NCBI GenBank assembly: GCA_947453545.1
Contig: CANGHE010000001.1
Span: forward strand, 1 to 41,411
Reading direction: 5' to 3'
From: Flavobacteriia bacterium
Lineage (GTDB): Bacteria > Bacteroidota > Bacteroidia > Flavobacteriales_D > Crocinitomicaceae
Length of the DNA: 41,411 bases
Shown here: one piece after another, positions 7,407 through 15,766 of the stretch
How the letters are laid out: each line of letters opens with the position of its first letter
Numbering within the stretch: position 1 is the stretch's first letter
Made by a program: the position numbers and the translations under genes
Notes under the pieces: model-generated
What the model saw: the letters and a program-made list of their open reading frames with translations, nothing else
Database searches by the model: none
Told to the model about the DNA's origin: nothing

Positions 7407-10220
7407 TTACGCTGCTAAAACTTCATTTAATTCATTAATAATCTTATCCGTGTCGTCGCCAAACAACTGCCACATTTTACTCAAACCGCCTTCGGCATTA
7501 AATGGGCTGAGGTCAAAATCGTCTTTGTCTATGCTAAAACTGTTGGCTACATAGTCTTTCATCATGCGCAACCATTGCATTTGTGCTTCGGTAAAGGCGT
7601 TGTGTTGTCCGGCATTTTTCTTAAAAATCCAGTCCTGAAAGTTTTTATCTACCGTTTTATCATAGGCCGTTAAGGCAGAGTCAATGCCCACCACACGGCG
7701 TATTAAAGACACTAAGGCAATCAACTCGTTTTTGGCAGAGCCATTGGTTTTTTCCAATTGTTCGTAGGCCCGCCAAACGGATAAGGGTGCTAATAGTGGT
7801 TTTTCAGTTTTTAGTTTTTCGCACAGGTCTTTTATCATTTTATAGGTAAAAGTGCGGTGGCGATAGTCTTGGGCATAAAAAATTTGCAAAGCGGTAATTT
7901 CGTCTTTGTGGCTTTCTATCCAAAGTTTAAAATCCGTTATTGCGGTGGTTGCCGCTTCGGCTTGGTCTTTTACCCAACCGATGTTGGTAATAGTATCTAT
8001 ATTGACCACATCTATAATTTGGTCGTATTTCTTGCGGATGTCCACAATAAAATCTCGTAAATCGGGGTTATGAAACACGGCAACGGCCTCTTCAATGAGT
8101 TTTTTCTTTTCGCTTTCAATGGCTTTTTCAATTTCCACAGGGGCTTGACCACGCATACCCGTCCTAATTTGTAGTTCACAATTCATTAGGGCATCTGGGT
8201 CGTAGGCGTGTAACAATTGTTTCACCACATGGTTAATGGTAAATCCGTTGGCATTTTCGGCAAACTTGGCTTTGTCTTTATCGCTCAATTGGCGGTCCAA
8301 ACGAATCAATCGGTTGGCTAAGGTAGTCAGCATGTCTTCGCTGGTATTGCCCATGGCCACATTTTGCAAGACATCTTTAAGCGAAACACCAGGCGCTTTT
8401 TCTAGGGGGCGGCTGTCGGTTTTTTGGGATTGCTCCACGCCAATAGCATCAATAATGACAAAATGGTCTTTACTGAATTTGGCAGTAGGAGTACCTTTGG
8501 CTCTTAATTCTTCTACTGAACAGGTTCGGGTGCCACGGCCTTTCATTTGTTCGTAATAGGAACGGCTTTTTACGTCTCGCATAAACAACAAGACTTCCAG
8601 AGGGCGTATGTCGGTTCCGGTAGCAATCATGTCTACGGTAACTGCTATGCGGGGGTAATAATCGTTGCGAAATTGTTGCAAGACACTTTTGGGGTCTTCC
8701 TCGGAACGGTAGGTTATTTTTTTGCAAAATTTGTTTTCTTCTCCAAATTCCTCGCGCACAATTTCGATAATGTCTTCGGCATGGCTGTCGGTTTTCGCGA
8801 AAATCAACATTTTGGGTACTTCAAAAGTTCCCTCTCCTTTGGAGAGGGCGGAGGGTGAGGATAATCGGTCAGGAAACATGGCGGGTAAATTTTCTTTAAC
8901 CGCTCGAATAATGGTTCGGATGGTGCTAGGGTTGACAATATCTTGGTCCAATTGTTTGCCGCTGTATTCAATATCTTCGTCTAGGTTTTCCCAAAATTTC
9001 TTTCGGGTTAGGCGTTCTCTTTTATCTACTTTTTCACCCAAACTAATTTTGTTGCCATTTTTAGTGATTTGGGTTTCGATAGTAAAGACATTGTAAGGCA
9101 CTAAAACGCCATCAATGACTGCTTTTTCATAGCCATAATCGGAAACCAGATTTTGGTTGAAATAGCCAAAAGTTCGATTGTCTGGAGTTGCTGTAAGTCC
9201 TATTTGAAACACATCAAAATAATCTAATACTTGTTTCCATAGGTTGTAAATGCTACGGTGGCATTCGTCGATGACCACAAAATCAAAAAACTCAATGGGC
9301 ACTTTTTCATTGTATCGCACGGACAAGTCACGCGTTGTCCCGGTAAAATTTGTTTCATTCGGATTTGTTTCTTCGGCACTTTCATCTAATTCGGTGCCTC
9401 TCAAAATAGAATACATCCGTTGGATGGTGCTAATATAGACCTGGCTATCATCGGGAATAAACGAACTACTCAACCGAGTCACGCCATACAATTCGGTAAA
9501 TAACCGATTGTCTTCTTGTGCGGTAAAGGCCCGGAATTCGCCTTCGGCTTGTTCACCTAAATTCTTAGTATCTACCAAAAACAAAATGCGTTTGGCTTTG
9601 GCGTATTTTAGCAAACGATATACAGCTGTAATAGCGGTAAACGTTTTGCCCGAACCTGTTGCCATTTGAATCAAGGCCTTTGGGCGTTGGTCTTTAAACG
9701 ATTTTTCAAGGTTGTTGATGGCGGTAATTTGACAATCGCGTAAACCGTCTTCGGGCAATGCAGGGATATCGTGCAATCGGGTGCGAAGTGTTTTGGGTTG
9801 GCTCAACCAATAGACTAGGGTTTCGGGTCTGTGAAAGGTAAATACGTTGCGGGAACGCGGTTTTAAATCTCTGTAATCGGTGAAACGGGTTATTTCACCT
9901 GTGCTTTCATATACAAAAGGCAGCGGGTCGTTGTTCAATAAACGCAATTTAGCATTGGCATATTGCGAGGATTGTTCTTCCACAGTAGTTAATCGAACAC
10001 CTTCTTCTTCGCGTTTGGCTTCAATAATACCAACGGCTTTTTTATCTACAAACAAAACGTAATCGGCAGGGCCAATGTCGGTTTGGTATTCTCTAATAGC
10101 TATACCCAATCCAGCAGCAAGATTGAATTTTTTCTTGTCTTGTATAATCCACCCACATGCAAGGAGTTGCTTGTCGATGTTGTCGCGTGCTATTTGTTCT
10201 GGGTTCTGGTTAAGCATCAT
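7407..10220 (-). CDS. hsdR: type I restriction endonuclease subunit R
   Basis: N-terminal PD-(D/E)xK-like motif (ADYVLF...GIIEAKRE). SF2 helicase motifs are present: MATGSGKT (Walker A), VIDECH (DEAH box), LTATP (III), QMKGRGTR (VI). Long helical C-terminal region typical of HsdR. Confidence 0.95.
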   Translation of the reverse strand: MMLNQNPEQIARDNIDKQLLACGWIIQDKKKFNLAAGLGIAIREYQTDIGPADYVLFVDKKAVGIIEAKREEEGVRLTTVEEQSSQYANAKLRLLNNDPLPFVYESTGEITRFTDYRDLKPRSRNVFTFHRPETLVYWLSQPKTLRTRLHDIPALPEDGLRDCQITAINNLEKSFKDQRPKALIQMATGSGKTFTAITAVYRLLKYAKAKRILFLVDTKNLGEQAEGEFRAFTAQEDNRLFTELYGVTRLSSSFIPDDSQVYISTIQRMYSILRGTELDESAEETNPNETNFTGTTRDLSVRYNEKVPIEFFDFVVIDECHRSIYNLWKQVLDYFDVFQIGLTATPDNRTFGYFNQNLVSDYGYEKAVIDGVLVPYNVFTIETQITKNGNKISLGEKVDKRERLTRKKFWENLDEDIEYSGKQLDQDIVNPSTIRTIIRAVKENLPAMFPDRLSSPSALSKGEGTFEVPKMLIFAKTDSHAEDIIEIVREEFGEENKFCKKITYRSEEDPKSVLQQFRNDYYPRIAVTVDMIATGTDIRPLEVLLFMRDVKSRSYYEQMKGRGTRTCSVEELRAKGTPTAKFSKDHFVIIDAIGVEQSQKTDSRPLEKAPGVSLKDVLQNVAMGNTSEDMLTTLANRLIRLDRQLSDKDKAKFAENANGFTINHVVKQLLHAYDPDALMNCELQIRTGMRGQAPVEIEKAIESEKKKLIEEAVAVFHNPDLRDFIVDIRKKYDQIIDVVNIDTITNIGWVKDQAEAATTAITDFKLWIESHKDEITALQIFYAQDYRHRTFTYKMIKDLCEKLKTEKPLLAPLSVWRAYEQLEKTNGSAKNELIALVSLIRRVVGIDSALTAYDKTVDKNFQDWIFKKNAGQHNAFTEAQMQWLRMMKDYVANSFSIDKDDFDLSPFNAEGGLSKMWQLFGDDTDKIINELNEVLAA

Positions 10221-10240
10221 TGATGATCTTTGTGATTCTT

Positions 10241-10248
10241 CAAAAATA
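10241..10248 (-). promoter_or_regulatory. candidate Bacteroidota -7 promoter box (TATTTTTG) for hsdR
   Basis: The minus strand reads cccTATTTTTGaagaatcacaaagatcatcaATG. This matches the TAnnTTTG consensus about 20 nt upstream of the hsdR ATG. No clear -33 TTG found. Confidence 0.3.
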
Positions 10249-10260
10249 GGGAATTAATTG

Positions 10261-10741
10261 TTAAAAATGAGGGTTTTGGATGGGGGATTTACTGTTTAGT
10301 TGATTATATTTTAATAGGGTTGAATGGTTTTGAATCGGCTTAGATTGATGTAATAACCTAATGTAATTTCCATTAGCGTGCTTAACCCTAAAATCATATT
10401 GCGTCTTGTATTTTAAAACTTTTTCAGGATGAAGATTACTAAAAAAACTTATCACTTTATTTTCGAAATTCATAAAATTATTTATGTCGTCAGGATGTAT
10501 CAAATTAATAAAAAACTCCACGGTAAAATTATCTGTTTCATATCCCAATATGGTTTCTAAATTTTCATTTAAAAAAATTAACTTTAAAAGTTGCAATGTC
10601 TAAAATGAAATAATAATAATTTCCAACCATGAATATATTAAGTAGTTTCAACTGCATTTTACAATCAAATTCAATAGGTAAAGAGTTGCCAGATTTAATA
10701 ATTTGGGCTTTTAATCTTAAATATTCATTAAAAATTTCCAT
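10261..10741 (-). pseudogene. PAS-LuxR family regulator pseudogene (frameshifted, 3'-truncated, HTH domain lost)
   Basis: Minus strand from the ATG at 10741 gives MEIFNEYLRLKAQIIKSGNSLPIEFDCKMQLKLLNIFMVGNYYYFILDIATFKVNFFK*. It continues in another frame as the 111-aa ORF (...LETILGYETDNFTVEFFINLIHPDDINNFMNFEN...YIRLLHQSKPIQ). Both parts parallel the intact paralog at 13428..14186. Similarity stops near 10330 and no LuxR HTH follows. Confidence 0.75.
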
Positions 10742-10808
10742 AGTAAATTTTTTATTTAAATATAAAGATATAGACTTTTACTAAATCAAAAAAAAATATA
10801 ATCAAAAA

Positions 10809-10824
10809 TACATATTAATATGTA
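10809..10824. promoter_or_regulatory. 16-bp perfect palindrome TACATATTAATATGTA, candidate operator
   Basis: Exact copy of the palindrome at 14455..14470. Lies 68 bp upstream of the pseudogene ATG. Confidence 0.4.
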
Positions 10825-11228
10825 TTTCAAATTTGAATATAAATATCAAAATTTGTTTATAGATAATTAACCTAATAAATTACAATAAAGTGGGTTAGGT
10901 GGTTTTTATTTTATTTGTAAACTGTGTTTTTATTAACAATTATTCAAATTAGTATGAAAAACAACCACCTAAAAACAACATGGAAAATCTAAATTTTTAT
11001 TTCATCAAAAGAATGAAAAAAATCTACAACACTAATTTTAATATTGTAGCAAACTATTAAAAATTAAATTATTTTTAAAAATTACTATACCAAAAATTAT
11101 TTCAGAAAAAAAATAATATAATCAAATTAATAAAGAAATTACTCTTTAATACTAGGAACACCTAATTATAAAAATGTTAAAAGGAGTTAGTTATAATTAA
11201 GTCTTTCTTTCTAAAATCGTTTTATTTA

Positions 11229-11531
11229 TTGCAGATGAAAATTTATATAATAGGAAATATTCCAGAAAAAATAGACAAAAAATGTATATTTGAATATAAC
11301 AAAGCAGAGTTAAAATTAATAAAAATTGGTTTCCAAACCTATAATCCTTTAAATGAATTCATAAATACTAAGATTGATTTAAAAGAATTAAAAGAAATTA
11401 ATTTAATGAACTTAATTAATTCTGAATCTGTTTTCATACTTAATGATTGTGATTTATTGTCTATTGAAAAAAATTATGAAATTAGAATTGCAATCAGATT
11501 AAATCTATTGATCATTTATGATTTAATCTGA
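11229..11531 (+). CDS. hypothetical protein, possibly DUF4406 / nucleoside 2-deoxyribosyltransferase-like
   Basis: MKIYIIGNI...(K)AELKLIKIGFQTYNP...VFILNDCD resembles the MKIYIAGPI...A...L...G..V.NP...a.v.lL.dW pattern of DUF4406. Weak call made by eye only. Start probably at the second Met (11235). Confidence 0.35.
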   Translation: MQMKIYIIGNIPEKIDKKCIFEYNKAELKLIKIGFQTYNPLNEFINTKIDLKELKEINLMNLINSESVFILNDCDLLSIEKNYEIRIAIRLNLLIIYDLI

Positions 11532-11694
11532 TTCGAAAACCCAAAATTATTGATAAATTTTGAAAAACAATTTCTAAGGAGTAGTCATTAGATTGTGTAA
11601 ACACAAAAGAAACTTCGTGGTAAAGTCTTAATGGCGCCAATTAAGACTTTACCCCGAAGGGGATTAAAAAGAGTATATTTAAAAAAACACTGTC

Positions 11695-12160
11695 ATGGAA
11701 ATTAAAGATGGAAAGTTACCTAAAGATTTCACAATAAATTTGACACAAAAGAATCCTTTCATTCTTATTTTGAGAGTTTGTATAAACAAGGAATTGAACA
11801 ATTTTTGCAAGCCGAACGGGATGCTCATTTAGGATATGAAAAACACAATATTGAAGGGAACAATTCTGGAAATAGAAGAAATGGTGCATTTTCAAAAACA
11901 ATAAAATCAGAAACCTTTGGCGATATGGTTCTTCTAATTCCAAGGTATAGAAATGGAGCTTTTTAGCCTCAAATTATTCCCAAAGGAGAAACTTCAGCCA
12001 AAAAATAGAAGACGCTATCTTAGGAATGAACAGTCGAGGAATGACTCGAAGTGATATTGTAGAACAGGTAAAATCGATCTATGGAATATCCGTTAGCGAA
12101 TCGACAATCTCAACAATATCTGTCAAAATAGTAGTAGATGTTGAAGAGTGGAGTAAATGA
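11695..12160 (+). pseudogene. IS256-family transposase, N-terminal fragment with frameshifts and a stop
   Basis: Across frames: MEIKDGKLPKDF.../...YFESLYKQGIEQFLQAERDAHLGYEKHNIEGNNSGNRRNGAFSKTIKSETFGDMVLLIPRYRNGAF*PQIIPKGE.../IEDAILGMNSRGMTRSDIVEQVKSIYGISVSESTISTISVKIVVDVEEW. This is the conserved N-terminal third of IS256 transposases. Confidence 0.7.
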
Positions 12161-12293
12161 GAGTAGTTTCAATGCACTTTTAAAAATTCATTTGCACGTT
12201 TGTTATTTTGCAAAATTTAGTTAATTTGATTTTTTAAACACACTACATAAATTTATAATATTTTTTTTTCTAAAGTTTAAATACTTTTTTATC

Positions 12294-12605
12294 ATGCAAC
12301 ATAGAGGAGAAATAATAAAAAGTGCTATTTATAAAAGTGGATATTCCATTACGTACTTGTCTAAAAGATTAAGCAAAAGTAAAAGATGGGTATATCTCAT
12401 GTTCAAAAAAAAAGAAGTTTCTTTAGATTTGATTTTACAAATAGGTAAAATTATACATCATGATTTCACTGAAGAAATTAAGGTCTTTGACACTATAAAA
12501 AATAAACCGGAAGATAATCAAAATAATAATTATTGGAAAAATAAATATTTAACGCTATTAGAAAACTTTAATGAATTATTGAAGGAATTTATTCAAAAGA
12601 AATAA
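12294..12605 (+). CDS. small HTH DNA-binding protein
   Basis: 103-aa ORF. SGYSITYLSKRLSKSKRWVYLMFKKKEVSLDLILQIGKII is an HTH-like segment common in small Bacteroidota regulators. Followed by a clean terminator. Confidence 0.55.
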   Translation: MQHRGEIIKSAIYKSGYSITYLSKRLSKSKRWVYLMFKKKEVSLDLILQIGKIIHHDFTEEIKVFDTIKNKPEDNQNNNYWKNKYLTLLENFNELLKEFIQKK

Positions 12606-12635
12606 CACAATATTTTAATAAAAAAATAACTATTT

Positions 12636-12670
12636 AAAAAGAGCAACCTAAACAAGTTGCTCTTTTTTTT
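12636..12670 (+). terminator. rho-independent terminator
   Basis: aaaaaGAGCAACctaaacaaGTTGCTCtttttttt: a 7-bp GC-containing stem, an 8-nt loop and a T8 run, 31 nt after the stop of the 103-aa ORF. Confidence 0.65.
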
Positions 12671-12772
12671 GTTCAAATAGCAAGACTATAGGCAAAGCGG
12701 TAATGATTAAACTAAAGAAGTATAATTTATACTATTTAAAATATTTATTACATTAAAAAGTGATTTCCATAA

Positions 12773-13240
12773 ACAATCACTCAACTTTTTATAGTACATC
12801 AAATACGAAACAGTATGAAATTTGTAGTTTATAAAGACCGTAAAACATTCTGTTAATGAACTTAAACAAATTTATACCGCATTAGATGAGCATACAGCAG
12901 CAGAATCACTAAAAGAGGTTAAAGCAAAATGGCGAGAAAAGTATAAATACGCTATCGATAGTTGGGAGAATAACTGGGAAAATCTTATTCCTTTTTTAGA
13001 TTATCCACCCGAATTATGAATGATAATGTATACCACAAATACCATCGAAAATCTTAATAGAGGAATTAGAAAATACACTAAAACCAAGTTGCAACTTCCA
13101 GATGAAAAATGCGTAAAAATATCAGTTTATCTTGCTATTAAAAACATTGAAAAAAACTGGACGAAATCTATTAAGAAATGGGGCTTGATTATTAACTAAT
13201 TTTTGATTATATTGGGAGTTAGGTACAAAATAGAATAATA
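12773..13240 (+). pseudogene. IS256-family transposase, C-terminal fragment
   Basis: TITQLFIVHQIRNSMKFVVYKDRKTF...LKQIYTALDEHTAAESLKEVKAKWREKYKYAIDSWENNWENLIPFLDYPPEL*MIMYTTNTIENLNRGIRKYTKTK...LAIKNIEKNWTKSIKKWGLIIN carries the IVHQIRNS and YTTNxIEnlNR signatures of IS256 transposases. It is interrupted by stops. The DDE core between the two fragments is missing. Confidence 0.7.
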
Positions 13241-13427
13241 AGTATTTTTAGAGTTTCCACAAAATTCTGTACTGTCTCAATTTCCACTTATTAAACCAAA
13301 AAAACTTCCTTGATTAATAAATAGAGTGTCCTATTGAATATTCTTCAAAATGGATATATAACTTTTAATAATTTAGAAATTTTAATACCTCGATTAAGTA
13401 TTAATGATCCCTAGAAAAATTTCCTAA

Positions 13428-14186
13428 TTAAATCCACCCCTCACCTATAGCTTTATTTATTAGTTCAGAAGTATTATTGACATTGAATTTTTGTAACATA
13501 TTATTTCGATGTTTATCAACCGTGAATTTACTTATAAAAAGTTGTTCAGAAATTTGAAGACTATTTTTTCCATTACACAATAACAATAACACTTCTTTTT
13601 CTCTAGGGGTGAAAACATCTTTTGTAAATTTAAATACAGTATCTACAGATACATTTATATAGGAAGGTTCTCCTTCTAAACCAATAAAAGATAAGGAAGA
13701 TTTATTGTCTTTTTTTAATTCTGTAATATCCGTATGCACCACAAATGTTTTGTGGACCCCTCCGTCTTCAGAACATTGAATTGCCATCGATTGATGTAAG
13801 AGTCTAATATAACTTCCATCTGCTTTTTTTACTCTAAAGTCATATCGGGTCTTGTATTTTAATACTTTTTCTGGAGGTAAATTTCTAAAAAAATTTACTG
13901 TTTGATTTTCGAAATTCATAAAATTATTTAGGTCATCTGGATGAATCAAATTAATTATAAATTCCAAGGTATAAGTTTCCGAATCATAACCCATTATGGC
14001 TTCTGAATTTTTATGTAATAAATCGATTTTAAAAGTAGAAATGTCAACAATGAAATAATAAAAATTTCCAATCATAAATAAATTCAGTAGTTTAAACTGA
14101 ATTTCATGTTCAAATTCATAGGGTGTCGGGAGGCCAGATTTAATTATTTGGTCTCTCATTTTTTTATATTCTTTAAAAATTTCCAT
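13428..14186 (-). CDS. PAS-like sensor domain / LuxR-type HTH transcriptional regulator
   Basis: C-terminal TPREKEVLLLLCNGKNSLQISEQLFISKFTVDKHRNNMLQKF is a LuxR/GerE HTH. The central region (IHPDD...KYKTRYDFRVKKADGSYIRLLHQ) is PAS-like. Confidence 0.85.
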   Translation of the reverse strand: MEIFKEYKKMRDQIIKSGLPTPYEFEHEIQFKLLNLFMIGNFYYFIVDISTFKIDLLHKNSEAIMGYDSETYTLEFIINLIHPDDLNNFMNFENQTVNFFRNLPPEKVLKYKTRYDFRVKKADGSYIRLLHQSMAIQCSEDGGVHKTFVVHTDITELKKDNKSSLSFIGLEGEPSYINVSVDTVFKFTKDVFTPREKEVLLLLCNGKNSLQISEQLFISKFTVDKHRNNMLQKFNVNNTSELINKAIGEGWI

Positions 14187-14454
14187 TTCAAATTTATTTT
14201 GATTTGTAAAGAAAATTATTCACAAATTGTATAACAATAATTGAATAATTAATTAACATAAATTTAAGAACTGTTTAAAAGTTGTAAATTATTAGTTAAA
14301 TAAACTACTCAAATAATTCCTTATTTTTATTAAAAATAAAGAAATAAACATTAATGATGAAATTTAATTTGTGGGCTTTATCTAATTAATATTCTTCACA
14401 AATAATGGTTAATCAAGAAAAATGTAAAGAAATTAGTGAATTTTCTAAAATAAT

Positions 14455-14470
14455 TACATATTAATATGTA
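14455..14470. promoter_or_regulatory. 16-bp perfect palindrome TACATATTAATATGTA in the divergent PAS-LuxR intergenic region, candidate operator
   Basis: Identical to 10809..10824. Flanking bases are also similar (tattt[c/t]aaattt). Lies between two divergently transcribed LuxR-type regulator genes. Confidence 0.45.
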
Positions 14471-14679
14471 TTTTAAATTTAAATAAAAACAACGTAATTT
14501 GTGAAATAAAATTCGCATAATTTAATTAAAATATGTAATTGATAATATCAAATTTTATTTTTGAGAGTTTTAGAATTTATTAAAAAAAATGAAATCTAGG
14601 AAAATAATCTTTGAATCTATTTAAATTTTTATCAATGGGTTAGTAATGACTTTTTTATAATAATTAAATTTTTAAAACT

Positions 14680-15435
14680 ATGAATGTTTTTGACGAAATG
14701 ATTGCGGTTGAAAGAAAAATTGCAGAAAAGTATTGTTTGCCTGAAAATACTTTTGATAGTGATTATTTCAATCGAATGGAACAAATTTTTTCTGTTGGAG
14801 ATTATTACTTTTTTATTATAAATGTAGTAAACTTTCAAGTAGAATTTATCCATGAAAACTTAAAAAAAGTATTAGGATATACTGAAGAGGAATTCAAAAA
14901 AGATTTATGCATGAACCAAATCCACCCAGAAGATGTTCCTTATTTCTTAAATTTCGGATGTGAAGTTGGAAGATTTTTTGCTCAGCTTCCAGCAGATAAA
15001 GTCATGAAATATAAAACTAGATATGACTTTAGAGTAAAAAAAGCGGATGGTAATTATATTAGAATATTACATCAAGGTTTGCCGATACAAATTGATGAAA
15101 ATGGAGGGATGATTAGAAAATTAATTATTCACACTGATATTACAGAATTTAGAAAAACTACCCCAACACTTTCTTTTATTGGGTTAGATGATGAACCTTC
15201 TTTTCTAGACGTCAAGGTGAATGAAATATATAAGCCGAAAATTAATATTCTAACTGCTAGAGAAAAACAGATTCTAATATTATTGGCACAGGGTAAATCT
15301 AGAACAGCAGTTGCTGAAAAACTCTTTGTAAGCAAATTTACGATTGATAACCATCGAAAAAATATGTTAGAAAAAACAGAAACTAATTCAATTTCTGAAC
15401 TGGTTTCGAAAGCAATTAATCAAGGATGGATTTAA
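14680..15435 (+). CDS. PAS-like sensor domain / LuxR-type HTH transcriptional regulator
   Basis: Paralog of 13428..14186 (IHPEDV...KYKTRYDFRVKKADGNYIRILHQ; TAREKQILILLAQGKSRTAVAEKLFVSKFTIDNHRKNMLEK). Confidence 0.85.
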   Translation: MNVFDEMIAVERKIAEKYCLPENTFDSDYFNRMEQIFSVGDYYFFIINVVNFQVEFIHENLKKVLGYTEEEFKKDLCMNQIHPEDVPYFLNFGCEVGRFFAQLPADKVMKYKTRYDFRVKKADGNYIRILHQGLPIQIDENGGMIRKLIIHTDITEFRKTTPTLSFIGLDDEPSFLDVKVNEIYKPKINILTAREKQILILLAQGKSRTAVAEKLFVSKFTIDNHRKNMLEKTETNSISELVSKAINQGWI

Positions 15436-15582
15436 ACCAATTTATACACATAATATGAACTTTCCAGATATTTAATGTTACAAATAAAAGATATTTAAAC
15501 TGTTCTAATATAGATTCCTTTCTTTATTTCGTATACTAATAACTTCCTGTTTTGTATATAATATTTTATACCAAGCATACGG

Positions 15583-15639
15583 ATAAATAGCAATTTTAGC
15601 CATTACATAGAAATTTTATTAAATCAATATTTGTAAATG
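15583..15639 (+). promoter_or_regulatory. conserved 57-bp upstream block (candidate promoter/leader) of LRR gene 1
   Basis: ataaatagcaattttagccattacatagaaattttattaaatcaatatttgtaaatg matches 19760..19816 at 54 of 57 positions (hand alignment). The surrounding intergenic sequence has diverged. Confidence 0.4.
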
Positions 15640-15766
15640 TTTTTTTTGCAAATACTACACATTGTTTTATAAAATAGAATACAAATAAAGTAGTAAAATT
15701 TATAGTACAATTAATATTTAATTAAGCAAAAGTGTTAATAAAATAAAAAAATAAAATAATAAAATC

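Larger units (their letters stand above)
11579..13278 (+). mobile_element. decayed IS256-family insertion sequence
   Basis: Imperfect terminal inverted repeats: gagtagtcattagattgtgtaaacac at 11579..11604, and the reverse complement of gagtttccacaaaattctgtactgtctc at 13251..13278. They flank N- and C-terminal fragments of an IS256/Mutator-type transposase. Confidence 0.65.

Noticed and set aside
7857-10257. Eight ORF-track entries of 60-124 aa (seven on the plus strand, one on the minus strand) within the hsdR region: 7857..8060, 8236..8556, 8470..8727, 8547..8858, 8722..9096, 9250..9438, 9880..10062 and 10075..10257.
   Set aside because: They are shadow ORFs opposite or out of frame with a strongly supported 937-aa helicase-nuclease gene. 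Their low-complexity translations carry no motifs.
10895-10972. 10-bp inverted repeat ttaggtggtt / aaccacctaa separated by 58 nt in the long AT-rich spacer, considered as an ncRNA or terminator.
   Set aside because: The loop is far too large for a terminator, no T-run follows, only a 12-codon ORF overlaps it, and I saw no second copy. The evidence is insufficient.
11716-11966. ORF-track entries 11716..11943 (-) and 11778..11966 (+), considered as independent small genes.
   Set aside because: The plus-strand one is a piece of the decayed IS256 transposase reading frame. The minus-strand one is its antisense shadow.
14632-14853. 73-aa minus-strand ORF overlapping the start of the PAS-LuxR gene.
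   Set aside because: Antisense to a well-supported gene. Low-complexity I/K/N-rich translation typical of AT-rich noise. The same reasoning applies to 15129..15335, 17017..17232, 19582..19770, 27256..27438, 28381..28620 and 30947..31144.
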